Below, piece by piece: positions 59,238-64,000 of a stretch of 64,000 nt of DNA (position 1 is its first letter; every line of letters begins with the position of its first letter). Position numbers and translations under genes: made by a program. Under the pieces are notes generated by a model. It was not told where the DNA came from, searched no databases, and worked only from the letters and a program-made list of their open reading frames with translations. The DNA comes from an uncultured Gemmatimonadales bacterium. GTDB taxonomy: Bacteria; Gemmatimonadota; Gemmatimonadetes; Gemmatimonadales; GWC2-71-9. The stretch lies in contig CAVSLV010000003.1 of the NCBI GenBank assembly GCA_963728915.1, forward strand, positions 160,001-224,000. Direction: 5' to 3'.

Positions 59238-60773
59238 CTACTGCGTTCCCAATCTCCCGGCTCCCGGTCTCGGCATCTGCGCCGGCCGGTTGGCAAGCTC
59301 GTATGCCGTCCACGCCACCACCGTGGCCGCCTGCTTGAGATCGTCGATGACCAGGTGTTCGTAGGTGTCCACGTTCGAGTGGTGGGTCCGGGTGCCGTAC
59401 TCGATGGGGTCCTGGATGAAGTTGAAGCCGGGGACTCCCGCCGCGACGAAGTTCAAGTGGTCGGTCCCGCCGGTATTCCCATGGCGCACCGCGACCACGC
59501 CCAGGTCCTGGAACGGCGCAAGGATCTGCTGGAAGATGGGAATCGCCGCCGAGTTCGACTGATCCCAGATCCCTCGGAGCCTGCCGGTGCCATTGTCCAC
59601 GTTGAGATACGCCGAGATCTTCGGCAGCTCGGCGCTATGCTCCCGGAGCCACGCGCGGGAGCCGAGAAGTCCCTGCTCCTCGCCGGTCCAGAGGCCGATC
59701 CGCACGGTACGCCGCATCGGGAGGCCGGTCGCCTTGAGGATGCGCATCGCCTCCATCATCACCACCGAGCCAGCCCCGTTGTCGGTGGCCCCGGTGCCGG
59801 AGTGCCAGCTGTCGTAGTGCGCGCCGATCATCACCACTTCATCGGCCTTGTCGGTCCCGGGAATCTCCCCCGTCACGTTGGTGGGCACCCGGTTGTCGTC
59901 GAGGAACCGGCTCCGCACGTCGACTTCGAGCTTGACCGGTATGCCACGCTGGGTCAGGCGGTACAGGGTTCCGTACTGCTCGAGCGCGACGATCAGGTGG
60001 GGGATCGGGTTATACACGCTGTCCCGCGCGGTCCGGCCATCGAAGTGTCCGCCGTTGAGGAACAGGCCGTAGCTCCAGTTGGACGGCTGGAGCACCGCGA
60101 CCGGCTGTTCGCTCCGGAGCAGCTGGCCAGTGAGCGCATTGAGCCGCTGGAACTGCTGGAAATTCCCCGGACCGCCGGGTCCCGCCGGCGGGCGGGGCGG
60201 CGGCGGATTGATCAGCTCATCGAGCGAGAGCCGGGTCTCCCGCGGCTCGAACTCGGGGCCGATCTCGCGAGGCGCTCCCCGTAACACGCACGCGCCCTTG
60301 AGCTTTCCGGCGTACTTCGCGATATCGGTGGTGTCCCGAATATCGAGGAGCACCGCGGTGCAGGTGACCGGGCCGGGCTTGCCCTTCATCATCGTGCTCC
60401 CGCTCCAGGCCTGCGGATAGGCCGCGAGCGGCTTGGTCCACGGCTCGAGGATTTCCCCGCTGTAGCGGAGCAGCTCCCAGCCCCGGCCGAAGGCGGAGTC
60501 CCAGGGCTCGAGCTTCAAGTTCGAGAGCCCGAAGGACTTGAGGGTCTCGACCGCCCAGTCATTGGCCCGGCGGCTCGCCGGCGAATTAGTGAGCCGGGCC
60601 CCGATGACGTCAGTGAGATAGCTCGCCAGGTCGTCGATCTTCGAGTGCTGCAATCCTTCGGCGCGAATCTTCTGCATCGCGGCCAGATCCACCGATTCGC
60701 TGACGACCTGCGAGGAGCCTTCATTCGAGATGACGGCAGCGAGCAGACCGGCGAGGATAAGCGTGCGTTTCAT
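59238..60773 (-). CDS. Secreted M28 family peptidase
   Basis: GAHYDSWH, ATDN, GEEQGLLGS, GGTDH, THH. Confidence 0.9.
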   Translation of the reverse strand: MKRTLILAGLLAAVISNEGSSQVVSESVDLAAMQKIRAEGLQHSKIDDLASYLTDVIGARLTNSPASRRANDWAVETLKSFGLSNLKLEPWDSAFGRGWELLRYSGEILEPWTKPLAAYPQAWSGSTMMKGKPGPVTCTAVLLDIRDTTDIAKYAGKLKGACVLRGAPREIGPEFEPRETRLSLDELINPPPPRPPAGPGGPGNFQQFQRLNALTGQLLRSEQPVAVLQPSNWSYGLFLNGGHFDGRTARDSVYNPIPHLIVALEQYGTLYRLTQRGIPVKLEVDVRSRFLDDNRVPTNVTGEIPGTDKADEVVMIGAHYDSWHSGTGATDNGAGSVVMMEAMRILKATGLPMRRTVRIGLWTGEEQGLLGSRAWLREHSAELPKISAYLNVDNGTGRLRGIWDQSNSAAIPIFQQILAPFQDLGVVAVRHGNTGGTDHLNFVAAGVPGFNFIQDPIEYGTRTHHSNVDTYEHLVIDDLKQAATVVAWTAYELANRPAQMPRPGAGRLGTQ

Positions 60774-60820
60774 TGATTCGCTTCCCGATTAGGTGTCGTG
60801 TTGTACTGTGGTCTCACCGA

Positions 60821-63685
60821 TTATCGCACCACGAGCGCCGCGAGACGCTTGTCGATTTCTTCCCTGGAGAGCCAGCGGCCTCCGATCACTACGCCTTCTC
60901 GCTTCCCGACGTTGTGGATGTCCGTCAGCGGATTGCCCGCGAGGAGCACCAAATCGGCCCGCTTGCCCACCGCGATGGTCCCCGCTTCGTCCTGGTTCCC
61001 GAGGAAGCGCGCCACGTTGATCGTGCCGGTGGCGAGAGCCTGGTACGGCGTCAGTCCGGCCGTCACATAGGCGGCCATCTCCCGGGCGACCGAAAACCCC
61101 GGGGCATTGAACAACTGGGGCGAGTCGGAGCCGAGCGCAATGGGGACTCCGGCGCTCTGCATGGCCTTGATGATCTTCCGGCGCAGGACGAGAAACCGCT
61201 GCCGGTCATCCATGGTGAGCGTGGTGTCACCGCGGATCTGGCGGGCCTGGGTCACCCAGCCGTTCGCCATCGAGCGCGCCACGTAGAGGAGCTCGGGCCG
61301 GTCATACAGGGCCTCGATCGTTTCGTTGCCGAGCACCGATTCGAAGAAACCCTGGGTGGGGACAATCCAGGTGCCGGCGGCCCTGGTCTCGGCCACCAGC
61401 GCGGCCAGTCGCGACTGGTCCAGGCTGTCGATCAGGGGCAGCCCGAAGAAGCCGTCCTCCTTTGGCGTCTTCGGCGGATGCATGGCGAGCGCCTCGACAT
61501 ACCCGTCCAGGTGATCGATGCTCCAGTACTTGGCCTCCAGGGCGCGATGGAGGCCCACCTCGAGCGGCACATGGCCGGCAAAGCGGATCCCGAGCCGGTC
61601 GGCGGTGTTCACCATCGAATCGAACGCTTCCCGCGGCACGCCCGGGTGGATCTTGAGGAAATCGTAGCCAAGGGTCTTTTCGGCGATCACCATGCGGACC
61701 GCCGAATCCGCATTGGGCACGCTCTTGTCGTTGAAGGAGGGGCCTGAGGTCCAGATCCGGGGGCTCAGGATCTCCCCGCGACTGGCCCGATCGCGGAACT
61801 CGATGTGCTTGGGAATCCCCAGCATCCCCCGCACCGTGGTCACCCCGTTCAGGGCCCAGAGCTCCAGGGTCCGGGCGATCTCGGAGTCGCTGGCGGCGCC
61901 GGGCGGAATGTGGGCGTGCATCTCCCCTAACCCGGGGATGAGGTACTTCCCCGCCCCGTTCACCCGCTCCGCCCCGGCCGGAACCCGCACGGTGCCGGCG
62001 GGTCCCATCGCCGCGATGCGATCGCCCTGCACCACCACGGTCTGGCGGGAAAGCACCCGCATCCGGTCCATCGGGATCACGTTCACGTTCTGGAAGACCA
62101 CCGGAGCGCGCTGCACCGTGTGGCGGAGCACCCGCCCGCCTCGCGCCGCAGTGAATCTCCCGCTGTCGACCTCGATCTGGCCGTTCACCAGCACGTACTC
62201 GATGCCGACCGGATACTGATGGGGCTGTTCATAGGTGGCCTTGTCCGCCACGGTCGCCGGGTCGAACACCACGATGTCGGCCATGAGTCCTGTCGCGATC
62301 TTCCCACGATCGGCGAGACTCAGCCGCGCCGCGGGCAGCGACGTCATCTTGCGGACCGCGTCGGCCAGGGTGAGCACTTTGAGGTCCCGCACGTAGCGTC
62401 CCAGCACCCGCGGGAAGGTCCCGTAGTTCCGGGGATGGGGCACCGAGTTTCCGGGTCGGGAAAGCGCGCCATCGGAGGCAATCGCGGTCCAGCGATATTT
62501 CATGATCCGCTGCACGTCGCCTTCGTCCATTACGTGATACACCATGCTGGCGCCGCCCTTCTGCACTCCCTCGATGACCAGCGGCACCGCGCCCTGCGAA
62601 GTCGGGGGCACTCCCCGCTCCACCGCCCAGTCGTAGAGCGTCTTCCCGTTGAGATCGGGTTTCCAGCTCACGCTGGCGAACTGCACCCGCTTGAGATCGC
62701 CGCCGCCGCGGTCGTTGTCGAGGATGTCCACGATCCCCTTCTCGATGCTGTCGCGGAGCACCGGATCCTTGAGCCGCCGCGCGAAGGCGCTGTCGCCGTC
62801 GGCCATGGCCCAGGCGGGCGCCAGCACGTTGAAACTGGTGGAGCTGGCATCGTAGGGATATTCGTCCGCGGTGACATCGAGCCCGGCCGCCCGCGCCGAG
62901 TCGATCATCGCGAGCGTCTTGACGCTCGCGCCCCACATGGCCTTGCCGATCACCTTGTGATGGGTGAGCACGACCGGGATATGGGCCTCCCGCGCGATCC
63001 GGATCGCTTCCCCCACGCCCTCCAGCACCCCGATCCCTTCCTTGCGGAGGTGCGAGGTGTAGAACCCGCCCGAATCCGCCGCGACCCTGGATACGGCGAT
63101 GACCTCTTCGGTGGTCGCATAGGTCTGCGGCACGTAGAAAAGTCCGGTGGAGATTCCGTACGCTCCCTCGTGCATCGCTTCGGCCACCATGCGCTGCATC
63201 CGCGCCAACTCTTTCTCGTTCGGGGCCCGGTCGCTCCGGCCGAGCACCTGCTGCCGGATGGTGCCGAATCCGACCAGGAACGGCGCGTTGATGCCGAGGG
63301 GAAGCTTCTCGACCTTGCCGAGATACTCCCCGAAGGGATACGGGCCACCTCCATCCGGACCACCCAGCGCGGTGGTCACCCCCTGGCGCACCCGGCTCTC
63401 GGCGTCGGGCATCTGGAGGATGGCTTCGTTGTGGGCGTGCAGGTCGATGAACCCGGGCGAGACCACCCGGTTCCGCGCGTCGATCACCCGGGCCGCGCTC
63501 CCGGCGGGAATCGGGGTCCGCGACACCAGGACGATGCGGTCGCCCTTGATGGCGAGGTCGGCGCGGAACGCCGGAGCGCCGGTGCCATCGAGAACCATTC
63601 CCCCGGCGATGACCACGTCGTAGCGGGGCGCCTGTTGCTGCTGCGGCGCGGCGGCAAGCAGCGCCGTCAGGACGGAAAGCATCAT
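60821..63685 (-). CDS. Secreted double amidohydrolase: N-acyl-D-amino-acid deacylase domain fused to a second amidohydrolase
   Basis: Domain 1: PGFIDLHAH, SHLR, THHK, ASDG, HPRNYGTF. Domain 2: PGLGEMHAH, KIH, GHVP, IDH, GSDSP. Confidence 0.85.
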   Translation of the reverse strand: MMLSVLTALLAAAPQQQQAPRYDVVIAGGMVLDGTGAPAFRADLAIKGDRIVLVSRTPIPAGSAARVIDARNRVVSPGFIDLHAHNEAILQMPDAESRVRQGVTTALGGPDGGGPYPFGEYLGKVEKLPLGINAPFLVGFGTIRQQVLGRSDRAPNEKELARMQRMVAEAMHEGAYGISTGLFYVPQTYATTEEVIAVSRVAADSGGFYTSHLRKEGIGVLEGVGEAIRIAREAHIPVVLTHHKVIGKAMWGASVKTLAMIDSARAAGLDVTADEYPYDASSTSFNVLAPAWAMADGDSAFARRLKDPVLRDSIEKGIVDILDNDRGGGDLKRVQFASVSWKPDLNGKTLYDWAVERGVPPTSQGAVPLVIEGVQKGGASMVYHVMDEGDVQRIMKYRWTAIASDGALSRPGNSVPHPRNYGTFPRVLGRYVRDLKVLTLADAVRKMTSLPAARLSLADRGKIATGLMADIVVFDPATVADKATYEQPHQYPVGIEYVLVNGQIEVDSGRFTAARGGRVLRHTVQRAPVVFQNVNVIPMDRMRVLSRQTVVVQGDRIAAMGPAGTVRVPAGAERVNGAGKYLIPGLGEMHAHIPPGAASDSEIARTLELWALNGVTTVRGMLGIPKHIEFRDRASRGEILSPRIWTSGPSFNDKSVPNADSAVRMVIAEKTLGYDFLKIHPGVPREAFDSMVNTADRLGIRFAGHVPLEVGLHRALEAKYWSIDHLDGYVEALAMHPPKTPKEDGFFGLPLIDSLDQSRLAALVAETRAAGTWIVPTQGFFESVLGNETIEALYDRPELLYVARSMANGWVTQARQIRGDTTLTMDDRQRFLVLRRKIIKAMQSAGVPIALGSDSPQLFNAPGFSVAREMAAYVTAGLTPYQALATGTINVARFLGNQDEAGTIAVGKRADLVLLAGNPLTDIHNVGKREGVVIGGRWLSREEIDKRLAALVVR

Positions 63686-64000
63686 GGAGCTGCTCCTGCA
63701 TGCCGTATGAGAACGTCGTTGATCTGCGCCATCTCGAAAGCTACCTCCCAGCACCAGACTCCGGCGAGCGAGCTCCTACGCAGCACCCCACAAGCCCGTC
63801 CTCATCGCTACTTCGAGCGATGCGACGGCCTGAACCTTCTGGAGAGCGTACCTGCCGTCCAAGTTCGCCGACATCCGCCTGATCGTTCCCCAGGCTGTGA
63901 TGTCCGCGGCCACGATTAGCTGACCAGTCGACAATCCATCTGGGGGATCAGGGTACTGCGTTGGAAATGGGCGGCCGAAGTTCGCTTGCGCGGGTCGCGC

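Noticed and set aside
1..64000. Many long antisense and alternate-frame ORFs in the track (e.g. 583-1902, 32184-33623, 62120-63919)
   Set aside because: Expected shadows of real genes in high-GC DNA; no recognisable motifs.
1..64000. CRISPR array, tRNA/rRNA, prophage or IS elements
   Set aside because: No repeat-spacer array, cloverleaf, transposase or integrase was seen; the intergenic spaces are short.
1..64000. Frequent GATC, CGATCG and CTCGAG words
   Set aside because: Explainable by the preferred codons ATC, CTC and GAG; I cannot show excess without a codon-aware computation.
63700..64000. Lower-GC end segment with short open frames
   Set aside because: Truncated by the window edge; no recognisable product or RNA.

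Overview
GC-rich (about 68-70% by eye), densely coding bacterial chromosome segment, probably from a Gemmatimonadota-like organism. That assignment is an inference from gene content and style, not verified. I see no rRNA, tRNA, CRISPR array, prophage or IS element. Contents in order: the 3' part of leuS; many secreted peptidases and amidohydrolases (DmpA, M20, S41, M61, two M28, a double amidohydrolase); two ECF sigma/anti-sigma operons, one ahead of a PDZ protein and one ahead of a MacAB-TolC-type exporter; fabH; a cardiolipin-synthase-like PLD; a nth-polX repair cluster; and a complete kdp operon with an extra leader peptide and an embedded porin. The main highlights are: (1) a translationally coupled operon for eukaryote-type ether-lipid initiation (alkyl-DHAP synthase, a fused fatty acyl-CoA reductase/DHAP acyltransferase, an SDR and a putative outer-membrane protein); (2) a non-palindromic 9-mer, CGGGTTAGG/CCTAACCCG, found 13 times inside genes on both strands and in three reading frames, often via rare codons, which suggests a DNA-level signal; (3) a candidate structured 5' leader RNA at 58713-58807; (4) a PolX lacking its polymerase aspartates; (5) heptamer and octamer tandem-repeat families, with two damaged genes next to heptamer arrays.
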